Below, one piece after another: positions 11,451 through 23,964 of a stretch of 29,034 nucleotides of DNA. The DNA is from Octopus sinensis (lineage: Eukaryota). The notes beneath the pieces were generated by a model. That model ran no database searches, had not been told where the DNA came from, and worked only from the letters and a program-made list of their open reading frames with translations. The translations under genes were made by a program, and so were the position numbers. The stretch spans positions 1 to 29,034 of the forward strand of contig NW_021833158.1 in the NCBI RefSeq assembly GCF_006345805.1. Reading direction: 5' to 3'. Each line of letters opens with the position of its first letter. Within the stretch, counting starts at the first letter, position 1.

Positions 11451-12540
11451 GAAGTATATAAAAATTTATATAATGAGCAAGCTATAAAAATATTCTATAT
11501 ATAAAAATTAGTGAGAAAAAGGCAGATTTACAGTAAAAATATAATTACACATTTATTGGATGGCTGTTGATTCTCAAGAGTTCCTCCGCCCTTTAACGGG
11601 TTGCTTTTTTTCATGTCCAATAAACACCCTCCTCACCAAGCAAGCTTGGTGTACGTATGTATGTATGTATAGAAAATCCATCATTGAAGCATGCTGTAAA
11701 TGTGTTAGTACCTGATAAACCTGCTACATTTCCGAATATAGCAGTTCCCCAAATATATACACTTAAAATATGCGCCAGACCTAGAGAGAAATACTGGGGT
11801 TCATATGATCGATCGAACATACCAAGTTAATGCTCCTGGATGGCCACGCTTCAATGATTAAAACATCTGACTCACATATTATATAGCTTGAAATCTCTCC
11901 ACTGCCACCACCATTTAGTCTGTTAATTTATATCCATCTACAAACGTCACACTCACCCTTCAATTATTATTCATGTCTTTCTTTCTCATCTACAATCTAC
12001 ACTTTTACATAATTATTTCCATTTCTCTTTCAATTCACTGGACAATTCCACAGAATTCATCAATAATATTTCGAAATTTAACAAATTATGATAGATTATT
12101 TTTTTCAAATACAATACTTAAATGTAATCTATAAAACTATAATCTTTTTAAACTTAATTGTATGTTTAACTTAAGTTAATTTTTATCCAGTAACACTATG
12201 ACCAAAGGCGTTCTAACCATGACTTTCCCATATTCTTTATAATCTAATATGTTAACCTCGCGCTACATTTCAGACACTCCGTTGTTGATTCATATTATTG
12301 TTTATAATTATTCAAATTTTAAATTTGAAATAAAATCAGTAAAAAAATTTCTTTGATTGAAAGACGAAAGAGATAAAATTAGTAGAGTTGTTATTGATAT
12401 TAATGTAACTCTTTGTATTCTGGTTTCAAATCCTGCTAAGGTCATTTTGATTTTTATTATGCAAGTGTTGGTAAAACAAAATTCCAGTCTGAAGTGGTGG
12501 TCTTCTGGAATTAGATATTGGACGCGATGCCTTGCATTAT

Positions 12541-12611
12541 TTAATGTAGTCCTATATTTTATGAGTTGAAATCCCTATATTAATGTAGACCTACATTTTA
12601 TGAGTTGAAAT
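12541..12611 (+). repeat. 39-bp-period tandem duplication within a decayed SINE-like segment
   Basis: ttaatgtag(t/a)ccta(t/c)attttatgagttgaaat occurs at 12541 and 12580. Confidence 0.8.
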
Positions 12612-13325
12612 GCGTGGTTGGTAAAATTCTCGCTGACTAAGCTTTGAAAAAAAGAAGTTATCAAAAAACGATTTTTTAAATTTCACTCGAGAGTTAGAGA
12701 TCCAGTGTTAACTACTTAAAATATTGTATCATTAGATCAACATTTCCTATATTTGCATATATAGTGTTTGAACTAGTTCTCGTGGATATTTAACGATGTT
12801 AATGAATTATTACCATGTTTTAATTAGAATAATTACTTAAAAATATAAACAAAAATGAAATATTTACCAGCAAGTTGATCGTTGAGTTTTAGTTTTAGTT
12901 TGAATGTGTTTGTCACAGGAACGCTTGGTCAGCTCCGTTAACTTAAGAGCAACTGCAATTTAAAAATATTCAACGTCATCTCCTCATATAAGAATGCGTG
13001 TGTTTATGTGTGTGTGTATGTTCGTGTTTGATATCATGTATATCTATATGTCGTAGTGTGTATGTCGTCGTGTGCATGTACAATGTAGTGTCTATGTACA
13101 TATTTGTATGTCACAGAGGGTGTGTATATGTCAGCCAACTACCGCTTGCCTGCTCTCTGTAAAGAATAACTCCCATGCCAAAACACTCCTAACATTCCTT
13201 CATGTCTGCGTCTCATATTACTATATCACCAACGTCATCACATCGCTCCGTCATTTGACCCATTTTCTTTTCCTTATTTTTTTCGTGGAAAAGCATTTGT
13301 AACGCACATACAGACACAACACATG

Positions 13326-13345
13326 CATATATATATATATATATA

Positions 13346-13422
<77 letters not shown>

Positions 13423-13423
13423 G

Positions 13424-13468
<45 letters not shown>

Positions 13469-13636
13469 ACATACATATTGACACTGCGTGCATATATTCA
13501 GAGGTATTGGTAGATACATGCTCTATACACATACATGCAGACACATACGTGCATACAGACACACATAGACACATAACACACACACAGACGCACATACACA
13601 CACAGGCACACACACACTCTATCACACACACATACA
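13326..13636. repeat. (TA)n then (CA)n-rich microsatellite
   Basis: Direct inspection. Confidence 0.95.
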
Positions 13637-15622
13637 TGTTAGTTAATTTTTTGGCTCAAAAAGCAAAAATCAAGGCCATGTAGGAGGACAGGGAGTTATG
13701 TACAGGGTGGTGTTCATGTAAAGAGTTCAGGCCACTTGTAGTCAAGGGACACTTTGAACCGAACGGTCGTCGGCATCTTCACCATCTCGTCTTGCAGCTT
13801 ATTCCACGGATCCGCAACCCGGACGGAGAAAGCCCCTCTCCTTCGATTGAGATGAAATCGTCGCAGATAGAGCTTTTTGGAGTGACCCTGCAGCCGACGC
13901 TCTGGAGCAGGAGTGAAGAACAGCTCTTTCGAGAGGTTGCACTTTCCGCTTATGATGTTGTGGGCAAGAATGAGATCACCACGGCGTCGTCGTTTTTCTA
14001 GAGAATAAAGGTCGAGCGTCTTCAGCCTTTCTTCATAAGACAAATTCTTGAGACCAAGAACCATGCGGGTAGCCAGCTTCTGGGCTCTTTCGATATGCTG
14101 TATGTCTTTGAGGAGATAAGGAGAAGAGGCTTGAATCCCGTACTCCAATATGGGTCTCACCAGCGTGACATAAAGCGGTAGGAATATGGCTGCTGTGAGC
14201 ATTCCGAATGACCGTCGAATCAAGAACAGAACTCCGCGTGCTTTGTTGGCAGCATAGACGCACTGGGCCGAAGGCGAAAAGGAGGAATCCACCAAGATAC
14301 CCAGGTCCTTTACCTGATAGGTCATCTCCAGCAGCAGACGACCCGGCTCGAAATCAAGTTGAGTTGCAGTAGGAGAGCCAACAGGCAGATGACAGCACTT
14401 TGACACGTTCAGACACAGGTCCCATTCGTTAGACCATCTCCAAGTTTGGTGGAGGCATCGACGAAGATCTTCTATATCACCGCGAGGAGCGACCAGTTTG
14501 ACATCGTCGGCAAATAGAAGGGCAAGTCATTTATGAAGACTAAGAACAATAAGGGCCCAAGCACTGAACCTTGAGGCAAGCCACTGCTCGCACTGGAGAC
14601 GTCGGACCGCGAACCATTAACTTGGACTTGGAAGGAGCGATCTGAGAGGAAGGCACCAACCCATCGTACAATATCCGGATGGAAACTATATGCTTGAAGC
14701 TTGACAAGTAATAGGCGGTGGTTTACCGAGTCAAAAGCTTTGGCAAAGTCCAATAAAACGATGTCAACAGCATCACTATCATCGAGGATGCGTGTCACCA
14801 ATTCTTCCATTACCAGTAAGCTGGTCAAGCATGATCTTTTCGGCACGAAGCCGTGTTGGGAATCAGAGATAGAGACTGTGTTTTGGAGGTGGAGCATCAT
14901 ACTTTTCTTAAGGATGGTTTCGAACATCTTGCTGATTATTGATGTAAGGGAAACCGGTCGGTAGTTAAGCGGGTCTTCGCGGCTCCCTTTCTTGAAAATT
15001 GGCCAGATTATAGCTGTTTCCAGTCCGCAGGTATAACACCCGTCGCCAATAACATATTGAATAGACGTGTTAAGGGCTCACAGATGACCGGAGCCAACGC
15101 TTTGATAACCCGTGGGTGTAAGCCGTCAGGGCCGTGACCCTTGTTGACATCGAGGGCTTGAATAACGCGTTCGACTTCGTCCCGCGTAATGACCAATCGA
15201 AGCATTGGAGGTAGCGATCTATCAAATGGAGGGGGTTCACGACCATCATCTTGTTTGAAAATAGTTGAAAAAGCCTCGGCAAATAATTGACTCTGTTGAT
15301 AAGGGTCCTCAATCGATACGCCTGTTGAGTCTACCAACGTTGCAATTTGGTTGTTCAAGCGGGAATTCCGTTGGACATGGGCAAAGAGGTTTTTGGATTG
15401 CTACTGGCATTTGCCGCGATTCTGTATTCATATCTGAAGCGTTCTTCCTTTTCAATTTTCACGGCTCGGTCACGTTGAGTTTGTACACCTTAAAAGCTGC
15501 AGTCGAATCCAGATTTTTGAATTCAGCCCAAGCAATATCTCTGAGTCGAAGTTCTCGTTTAACCTTCTTCGTCAGCCAGGGCTTGTGTTTCTTCTTCTTG
15601 GGAAGCCTAACGGGAACTAAAT
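13637..15622 (-). mobile_element. CR1-clade LINE, 5'-truncated, RT pseudogene with 3' UTR
   Basis: KPWLT, KGHGPDGLHP, IPADWK, PIFKKG.REDPLNYRPVSLTS, QHGF..KRSC, LDFAKAFDSV, GLPQGSVLGPLLFLVFINDL, FADDVKL (small deletion/frameshift before it), KDLG, VRPILEY, RRRRGDLI. Stop at 13714, then a short UTR ending taactaac. Confidence 0.95.
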
Positions 15623-15627
15623 ATATA

Positions 15628-16269
15628 TGTAGCTGGAGGAAATCGATTAGTAAACAATATTATTTTATGTCGGAGTTAGCAGTTGTAACGATAAAAATTA
15701 TATATAATTGCATACTGTAGGATGTGAAAGATGAACAATGCATGAAATTTGAAGGAAATATTTATTTACCGTTACGTTACAATACCTTGCCTCGACGAAC
15801 AGGTTATAATAAATCCAAAAGCATGCGATATAAAGTTTGTGCTTGTGTCCTCTTCATTGTTTAGTAGTAATTACCGAGAGAGATAGAATGATGTTGTAAG
15901 AAAACAGAATTAGAGCTAGTGGGAGTTGTAGCGTGTTGTCTCACAGTTGCTGACAGTAAACTTCATTTCTCGCTCTGACCAAGGTTCTAGGTGGTCAGCC
16001 AGACTTCGTTGTCACCAAAGTGACTAACTGATTGAGTCGTCACCATATGACTGGACAAGTTGCGTCGTCACCGACTGATTTTTGCTTGGGGTATCCTTGC
16101 GTTTATCCAGAAGGATAGATATATCATTGGGAACAATAGATTTAGTTGGTGCTCTTGTTATCCATATTGTAGCTTTTGGTGATGTAGAATAGGTTAGAAA
16201 GGGTCAAGTGATGAAGACATTATTTCGGACTAGCTAAAGGCATCTGGAAAATGTAAAACTGCTGTCACA
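15628..16269 (-). mobile_element. LTR-like interspersed repeat, copy 1
   Basis: Homologous to 23221-23790 over ~570 bp. TG..CA candidate ends and a minus-strand AATAAA (tttatt at ~15761). No clean TSD, so ends and strand are tentative. Confidence 0.55.
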
Positions 16270-16527
16270 GAAAAACCATTGTTCTACTGTGTGGAAAGAT
16301 CTGTTGCACCGTTAGTTTAAATTGAGTTATGGTGGATCGAATCCACTTCATGCATGCAAGATCCCCTATTCAGACATGTGTTTGTTTGTTAGAAATGTTG
16401 AGCTGATGAACAATAAAATACGGTTTTTTTCCACAAGTTGAGTCGGGCAGACATATTTAACGAAACGCATGAATAAATCTTTGCAGTTCACTGTTATTTT
16501 TTATTCTTAAATTCTTGTGTATAAGTA

Positions 16528-17610
16528 CCGTAATTGCCAGTGTATAAGCCTCACTCACGATTTTCAGTCCCCGACTGGAGAAAACGTGGGGAAACCGGGA
16601 GATAACTGGGACTTATGAAAATAGAGAAATGCGAGATGAATAGAAACTTCAATTTCATGATGATTTCATACTTAACAAACATTTCCGACTGCAATCATTG
16701 ATACTCATAATTATTAATGGAAGAAGATAAAGTCCAGGTTTTAAATGTAAGAGATAATAAGAGAACGTCTTTTTATTATGTGTATTTATTATGATTTATT
16801 CATATTGCGATCTTTATATTCTTTCTTGAAAATGGGTGGTCCTGAAAAGGACCGACCCTAATGGGTAGAGACTTCACTCAAAGTCTAAGAACTCTTCGTC
16901 GTCAGACCTCGTGGGGTTGATCGTCTGCCAGTTCATCCTCGTCATCGCTGGAGTCAGAAGAGTCGGTAGAGAGAGCTTCGCCTTCCCATAACATGTCATC
17001 TTCCCGTCGAGCGCATTGGAGATGCAACACTTCAGGAAAGCCCATTTTTCTGGAATCTCCTCCACGAGCAGATCGTCTGGAATTTCCTCCACTAGCAGGA
17101 TCCATTTGCAGATCGTCCCCAAGTCTTTCTTCGGACGCCCGGTCGTTGGCCATCCAATACTCCCAGCGGTGTTTCAGACGGTACTTATACGGTTCGCTGA
17201 TTGCAACATCAAGGGTTTGAAGAAAGGATGTCATTCCCCCGGTAATCATTGTTACGTCGATGTTCAGACGACGTATCTTCACCTTGGTTTCTTCTGACTT
17301 GTGGCATCTGAATGCGTCCAGGACCAGGAGACTCCTTCTCTGATGCAGTCCACTGATGCGCCGAACCCACACTACACGAAACCAGTCCTCGATGAGTGCC
17401 TAGCCCATCCAAGCTTTCGCGTAGGCTTCAACAATGATCCCCTTCCTGAAACTTGGCGTCTTTGGATAGTATCTTCCTCTTAAAAATTACCTACGGTAGC
17501 AGCTTTCCCCTCATCAGCCGTGCAAGCCAGGATCATCGTAAAACCGACTTTCTAGTGGCCCTTCGTGACGATTTCTATTGTCTTCTCCCTTTTCTCAGGA
17601 ATAGTTCTTT
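16528..17610 (-). mobile_element. pogo-family (POGK/Tigger-like DDE_1) transposon remnant
   Basis: TA|CCGTAATTGCCAGTGTATAAG TIR-like end. Translation GFTMILACTADGGKL..VIFK, AWM, SLLVLDAFRCH, GGMTSFLQTLDVAISEPYK, acidic tail. The 5' half is missing. Confidence 0.9.
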
Positions 17611-17617
17611 CTACTAC

Positions 17618-17825
17618 GGCTGCCAGCTGGCAGAAACGTTAGGACACCAGGCAAAAGTGCTTAGCGGCATTTCGTCCGTCTCAAAGTTTTGCCTTCAAAT
17701 ACCGCCAGGGTCAACGTTTCTTCTCATCCTTTCGAGGATGATACATTAAGTACCAGTCAAGTTGTGGCGTCGAAGTAATCGAAGGACCCATGCCCCCAAA
17801 ATTTCAGGCCTTGTGCCTATTGTTA
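17618..17825 (+). mobile_element. SINE family B (Meta-domain-like core)
   Basis: gctggcagaaacgttag...gcttagcggcatttcg...tcatcctttcgagg..ttaagtaccagt...ggccttgtgcc. Family assignment from memory. Confidence 0.75.
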
Positions 17826-17834
17826 TTGCTTTCA

Positions 17835-18033
17835 AGATTTGGCACTAGTCAAGAAATTTGGGGCAGTGGTTAATTCTACTACATCGATCTCATTATTGAA
17901 CTGGTACTTAATTTGGTGACACCAAAAACAATGAAAGGCATATTCAACCTAGGCGGAATTTCAAGACAGAACTCTGAAACGGACAAAATGCCGCTAAGCA
18001 TTTTTCTAGGTGTCCAAACAATTTCGTCAGCTC
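17835..18033 (-). mobile_element. SINE family B, inverted, tail-to-tail with the previous copy
   Basis: Reverse complement aligns with 17626-17820 at roughly 70%. Confidence 0.75.
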
Positions 18034-18303
18034 GACGGTTGAAGGCAAACAAGATCGGAAATCGAGGTTCTAATTTGCTAAAATATCTGAAATTTAATTG
18101 CTTGAAATTCATAGAAAATGTAAACTAGATTTTCATCTTGAGCATGCAAAACTGCACGAGTATTTCAGATTCTGATTGGCCATTTTACATTTGAAAAGGG
18201 ATTTAGACAAAAAAAATGAAAAGAGATTGGTTGAGAAACATGCAACTTTGTTGCCATGGAAATAGACAGAATGACGCTATTAAAACTTCTGTATATATGT
18301 ATG

Positions 18304-18337
<34 letters not shown>

Positions 18338-18354
18338 TGTATGTATGTATGTAT

Positions 18355-18400
18355 GTTGTCAAGCAATGCTAGGGTGACAAACACAGACACACAAACATAT

Positions 18401-18455
<55 letters not shown>

Positions 18456-18621
18456 TACGACAGGCTTCTTTCAGTTTCCGTCTACCAAATCCACTCACAA
18501 GGCTTTGGTCGACCCGGGGCTATAGCAGAAGACACTTGCCCAAGATGCCACGCAGTGGGACTGAACCCGGAACCATGTGGTTGTTAAGCAAACTACTTAC
18601 CACATAGCCACTCCTGCGCCT
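18355..18621 (-). mobile_element. SINE family A, tail-truncated, with internal (TA)n
   Basis: Near-identical to 19833-20081. Confidence 0.92.
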
Positions 18622-19436
18622 GTATGTATGTATGTGTGCATGTATGTATGTATGTATGTATGTACGTATGTGTGTATGTGTGTATGTACGTATGTGTTTG
18701 TGTGTATGTATGTATGTATGTATGTAATTATGTATGTATGTATGTATGTATGCATGTATGTGTGTATGTATATATGTAAGGATATATGTGTGTATGTATA
18801 TATGTATATATGTATGTATGTATGTGTATGTATGTATGTATGTATGTATCTATGTATGTATGTGTGTATGTATGTATGTATGTGTGTGTGTATGTATGTA
18901 TATTTGTGTGTGTATGTATGTATGTTTGTGTGTATGTATGTATGTATGTATGTATGTATGTATGTATGCTTGTGTGTATATCTGTATGTATGTATGTGTG
19001 TATGTATGCATGTGTGTGTAGGTATGTATGTACGTATGTGTGTATGTGTGAAAGCATGTATGTGTGCATGCATGTATGTATATCTGTATGTATGTATATC
19101 TGTATGTATGTATGTATATCTGTATGTATGAATGTACGTATGTGTGTAGGTGTGTATGTATGTATGTATGAATGTATGTGTGTATATCCGAATGTATGTA
19201 TGAATGTACGTATGTGTGTAGGTGTGTATGTATGTATGTATGAATGTATGTGTGTATATCCGAATGTATGTATGAATGTATGTCTGTATATCTTTTTGTG
19301 TGTATGTATGTGTCTAAATATGTACGTATATCTGTATGTATGTATGTATGTATGTATATATATCTGTATGTATGTATGTATATCTATATGTATGTATGTA
19401 TATCTATATGTATGTATGTATGTATGTATGTATATC

Positions 19437-19468
<32 letters not shown>

Positions 19469-19652
19469 TGTATGTATGTATGTATGTATGTATGTATGTA
19501 TGTATGTGTGTATGTATGTATGTATGTACATCTGTATGTATGAATGTATTCTGTATATCTATATGTATGTATGTATGTATGTATGTATATCTATATGTAT
19601 GTATATATTTCTGTATGTATGTCTATCTATATGTATGTATGTATGTATGTAT
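18622..19652. repeat. ~1 kb degenerate (TATG)n array with an internal 72-bp duplication
   Basis: Direct inspection; aatgtacgtatgtgtgtagg...tatccgaatg occurs at 19131 and 19203. Confidence 0.95.
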
Positions 19653-19654
19653 TT

Positions 19655-20081
19655 ATACTCTTACTCTTTACTCATTTAATTGTTTCAGTCATTTGACTGC
19701 GGCCATTCTAGAGCACCACCTTTAGTCGATCAAATCGACCCAGCGAGTTATTCTTTGTAAGCCCAGTACTTATTCTATCGGTATCTGTTGCCGAACCGCT
19801 AAGTGAGGGGTATGTAAACACACCAGCATCGGTTGTCAAGCAATGCTAGGGTGACAAACACAGACACCCAAACATATACACACATACATACATATATATA
19901 TATATATATAATATATACGACAGGCTTCTTTCAGTTTCCGTCTACCAAATCCACTCACAAGGCTTTGGTCGGCCCGGGGCTATAGCAGAAGACACTCGCC
20001 CAAGATGCCACGCTGTGGGACTGAACCCGGAACCATGTGGTTGTTAAGCAAACTACTTACCACACAGCCACTCCTGCGCCT
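19655..20081 (-). mobile_element. SINE family A, apparently full length (~425 bp)
   Basis: tRNA-like head, CORE-like region, internal (TA)/(CA) tract, and a tail ending in (gagtaa)-like repeats. Confidence 0.93.
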
Positions 20082-20664
20082 GTATGTATGTATGTATGTA
20101 TGTGTGTATGTATGTATATATGTGTTTATGTATGTATGTATGTATGTATGTATGTATGAACTAAAGCCAGCTGGGAATGAAGTAGGGATATTTAAATATC
20201 TGATATTTACTTGCTTGAAATTCTTAGAAAATATTAACTAGATTTTCATCATTAGCATTTCAGGTTCTGATTGGCCATTTTACTTTAGAAACAGGATGTT
20301 GCCATGGAAATAGACTGAATGATGCAATTTAAACTTGCTGAATTTTATCTAAACTGGGTAACACCCACACATACCTAGACATACACACTATAGCACACAC
20401 ATACATAAACCCATCAACATACAAACTACAACATACACACGCATATATCTAACTACAACATACACACATGGCACGCCGGAATGTCTATAGACATCCTCTT
20501 ATTTGATTACATGAGAATAATATGCTTTTCTGTGTGTCGTTAGGGTGGGGGTTATTCAGGTTGCAGTATTCCTCAAATGCATGACTTGACCCACTTCTCA
20601 CTTGCCAATTAAATTTATTCAGAATTACAAGTACATTTCTCAGAATCAGCTTCTTGTTGTTTTA

Positions 20665-21220
20665 TGTAGGTATGTAGGTGTAATTATGTAGGTATATATA
20701 TGTATGTATGTATGTAATGTATGTATGTACATCTGTATGTATGTATGTATGTATGTATGTATGTATGTATGTATATCTTTATTTATGTATGTACGTATGT
20801 GTGTATGTGCGTATGTGTGTATGTATGTATGTATGTATGTATGTGTATGTATGTATATCTGTATGTATAACTGTATGTATGTATGTATGTGTGTATGTAT
20901 GTATGTATGTATGTATATCTTTATGTATGTATGTACGTATGTGTGTATGTGCGTATGTGTGTATGTAGTATGTATGTATGTGTATCTATGTGTATGTATG
21001 TATATCTGTATGTATAACTGTATGTATGTATAACTGTATATATGTATGTATGTATGTAAGTATGTATGTATGTACATCTGTATGTGCGTATGCACATCTG
21101 TATGTATGTGTGTATGTATGTATATGTGTATCTGTATGTATGTATGTGTGTGTATGTATGTATGTATATCTGTATGTATGTATGTCTATATATATCTATA
21201 TGTATATATGTATGTATGTA
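20665..21220. repeat. Degenerate (TATG)n array
   Basis: Direct inspection. Confidence 0.95.
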
Positions 21221-21449
21221 TACTCTTCCTCTTTACTCTTTTACTGGTTTCAGTCGCTTGACTGCAGCCATGCTGGAGCACCGCCTTTAGTCCAGCATAT
21301 CGACCCCGGGAGTTATTCTTTGTAAGCCCAGTACTTATTCTATCGGTCTCTGTTGCTGGACCGCTAAGTGACGGGTATGTAAACACACCAGCATCGGTTG
21401 TCAAGCAATGCTAGGTGGACAAACACAGACTCACAAACATATACACCAC

Positions 21450-21481
<32 letters not shown>

Positions 21482-21674
21482 GATAATATATATATATATA
21501 TACATATATACGACAGGCTTCTTTCAGTTTCCGTCTACCAAATACACTCACAAGGCTTTGGTCGGCCCGAGGCTATAGCAGAAGACACTTGCCCAAGATG
21601 CCACGCAGTGGGACTGAACCCGGAACCAAGTGGCTTTTAAGCAAACTGCTTCCCACACAGCCACTCCTGCGCCT
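21221..21674 (-). mobile_element. SINE family A, apparently full length
   Basis: Collinear with 19655-20081, including the downstream flank. Confidence 0.93.
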
Positions 21675-21798
21675 GTATGTATGTATGTATGTATGTATGT
21701 CTATATGTCTGTATGTGTGTATGTATGTATGTGTGTATGTATGTATGTATGTGTGTATGTATGTACTAAAGCCAGGTGCGAATGAAGTAGGGATATTT

Positions 21799-22150
21799 CC
21801 AGAGAAGCACTCAACCCGAATACTGCCGGCATCAAATACTCTTCTACGAATTGTTCTTTGGTTAGGAACCTTGTCTTCTTGCGTTCAACCAGCTTGAATA
21901 GCTTCGGAAGACTTTCTGGCAAACTGGCTACAATGATAGCGTCATCCATTCGCTTGGTAGAGATTTGGAGGCGATCTGTACGCATATCAAATCCATATTT
22001 TAAATGGGTTTCGAGTTGTTTATTGACTTTGAAACAGTTCTCTGTGTCAGTTTTAATCTTTCACCAATTTGTCGAGTGCTGCATACTTCTTCGTACAGAA
22101 TATTTATTTCAGCATTAGTTCACGACGAAAATCTTTGACTAGCTATTCTT
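21799..22150 (-). pseudogene. Tc1-like transposase N-terminal (paired-like HTH) remnant
   Basis: AEINILYEEVCSTRQIGERLKLTQRTVSKSI / MRTDRLQISTKRMDDAII resembles the Tc1 G.S.R.IA..L.....V and RSGRPR.T..R.D..I motifs. Confidence 0.6.
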
Positions 22151-22370
22151 TACAACGACAGGAAGATGACTAACAAGAAGGAAGAATATGTGTTAGTGAC
22201 AACCTATCAGAGATTGGATCGGTCAATCAGAAAACACCAACAGATCAAGGCTCACGCAGAAATCATGATCATTCTGACGGATAAAAGAGATTTGAAGCAT
22301 CGACTAACGATTTGATATAGCATCATTTGGGTGGATTGTTGTTTATAAGTCCGTGAGTCGTCCATTCCGG

Positions 22371-22371
<1 letters not shown>

Positions 22372-22427
<56 letters not shown>

Positions 22428-22466
22428 ATATATATATATCTATATATATATATATATATATATATC

Positions 22467-22500
<34 letters not shown>

Positions 22501-22510
22501 ATATAATTTA

Positions 22511-22606
<96 letters not shown>
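22372..22606. repeat. (TA)n microsatellite
   Basis: Direct inspection. Confidence 0.97.
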
Positions 22607-23009
22607 ATTGTCGTGCAGTTAGTGTATATACCTTGTTCAGTGATTTATTGTTGCTTATATACACTTTTTAAAAATCAGTGATGAAAAGTTACTGGAAAAA
22701 TGATATAAATATTTGCATTGGGACTCCTTTCATCGAAAACCGGTGATTGTAGTGCGCTGATGACGGGTCACAACCCAGAAACTGCAGTCGGTGCGTATCA
22801 CTTAGCTTATCGAGAGAAGCATGACCGCCCTACGCAAATACTGATAGGGCACAGAAAGTGTGCCTATAGCCAGCTGGAGGAGATGTTCTGCTGGGGCTAC
22901 AAGCTACAGTAACACCCACCCTTAGTGGCTAGCCATATTGAGATTGCAAATATACCTCACATTGTCGTGTAGTTACTGTTTATACCACGTTCAGAGATAT
23001 ATTGTTGCG

Positions 23010-23015
<6 letters not shown>
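22607..23015 (+). mobile_element. Non-coding retrozyme-like/PLE-derived element: 354-bp monomer plus 55-bp terminal direct repeat
   Basis: 22607-22661 vs 22961-23015 match 47/55. Contains a canonical HHR core and has (TA)n on both sides. Confidence 0.7.
22752..22794 (+). ncRNA. Type I minimal hammerhead ribozyme (canonical core, decayed stems)
   Basis: CTGATGA (22757-22763) c-gggt(caca)accc-a GAAA ctgcag TC. Stem III is the palindrome ACTGCAGT with a GUC cleavage triplet at 22787-22789. Stem I is imperfect (gtgcg/ggtgc). Confidence 0.75.
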
Positions 23016-23205
<190 letters not shown>

Positions 23206-23220
23206 AATAAAATTGTTAAG

Positions 23221-23822
23221 TGTAAGATTGATTGGTAAACATTATTATGAAAATGTCGGAGCCAGCAGATGCATCGAAAAAAAGTTGTTGTTCTAATCGC
23301 ATACCGTAGGATGTGAAAGATGAACAATGCAGGAAGTTTTAAGGAAATCTTTATTTACCGTTACGTTACAATACCTTGCCTCGATGAACAGGTTATAATA
23401 GATCAAAAAGCGTGCGAAGTAAAGTTTGATAGGGTAGACCGCTTCTTTATATAGTTTGGCGTATACCAATAGTTAGTAGTAATCCACAGATATCGGCAGA
23501 ATGATGTTGTAAGAGAAGAGAATTAGAGCTGGTGAGATGTGTAGGGTATGGGACGTTGTCTCACAGTTGCTGACAGTAAACTTCATTTCTCCCTCTGACC
23601 AAGGCTGGTCTGCCAGACCTCATTGAGTCATCACCGACTGTGACTAACTGATTTTTGCTTGGGTTATTTTTGCAGAAGAATAGACATACCATTGAGAACA
23701 ATATATTTAGTTGGTGGTCTTGTTATTTCTATACTAGCTTTTGTTGATGTAGAATAGGTTAGAAAGGGTCAAAGGAGAAGATATTATGTGGTGAGAAAAC
23801 GGACATCAGACCAACACTTACA
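23221..23822 (-). mobile_element. LTR-like interspersed repeat, copy 2
   Basis: TGTAAG...CTTACA inverted ends; homologous to 15640-16230. No clean TSD. Confidence 0.6.
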
Positions 23823-23964
23823 AAGGTGGGTGTAATAAGATGAGGCACTGAACAAGGTCGACTCTGGCACAGTGGAAACCTAATGCACGGGGACAGAAAT
23901 ATGTAGAAGAGCGTGATGGTTGGCACTGATTCCCCTTGTAAATATACATAATGATATATGCGCA

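Noticed and set aside
16332-16346. gtggatcgaatccac B-box/T-arm-like hairpin
   Set aside because: No upstream A box or tRNA body recognisable.
16837-16858. ggtcct-gaaa-aggacc hairpin as a terminator or ribozyme
   Set aside because: Short GNRA hairpin in the pogo 3' region; eukaryotic context and no catalytic core.
22671-22750. Second hammerhead upstream of 22757 (gtgatga...gaaaaccggt)
   Set aside because: The core lacks C3 and the gatgaaa/tttcatc pairing sequesters it; the geometry does not fit.
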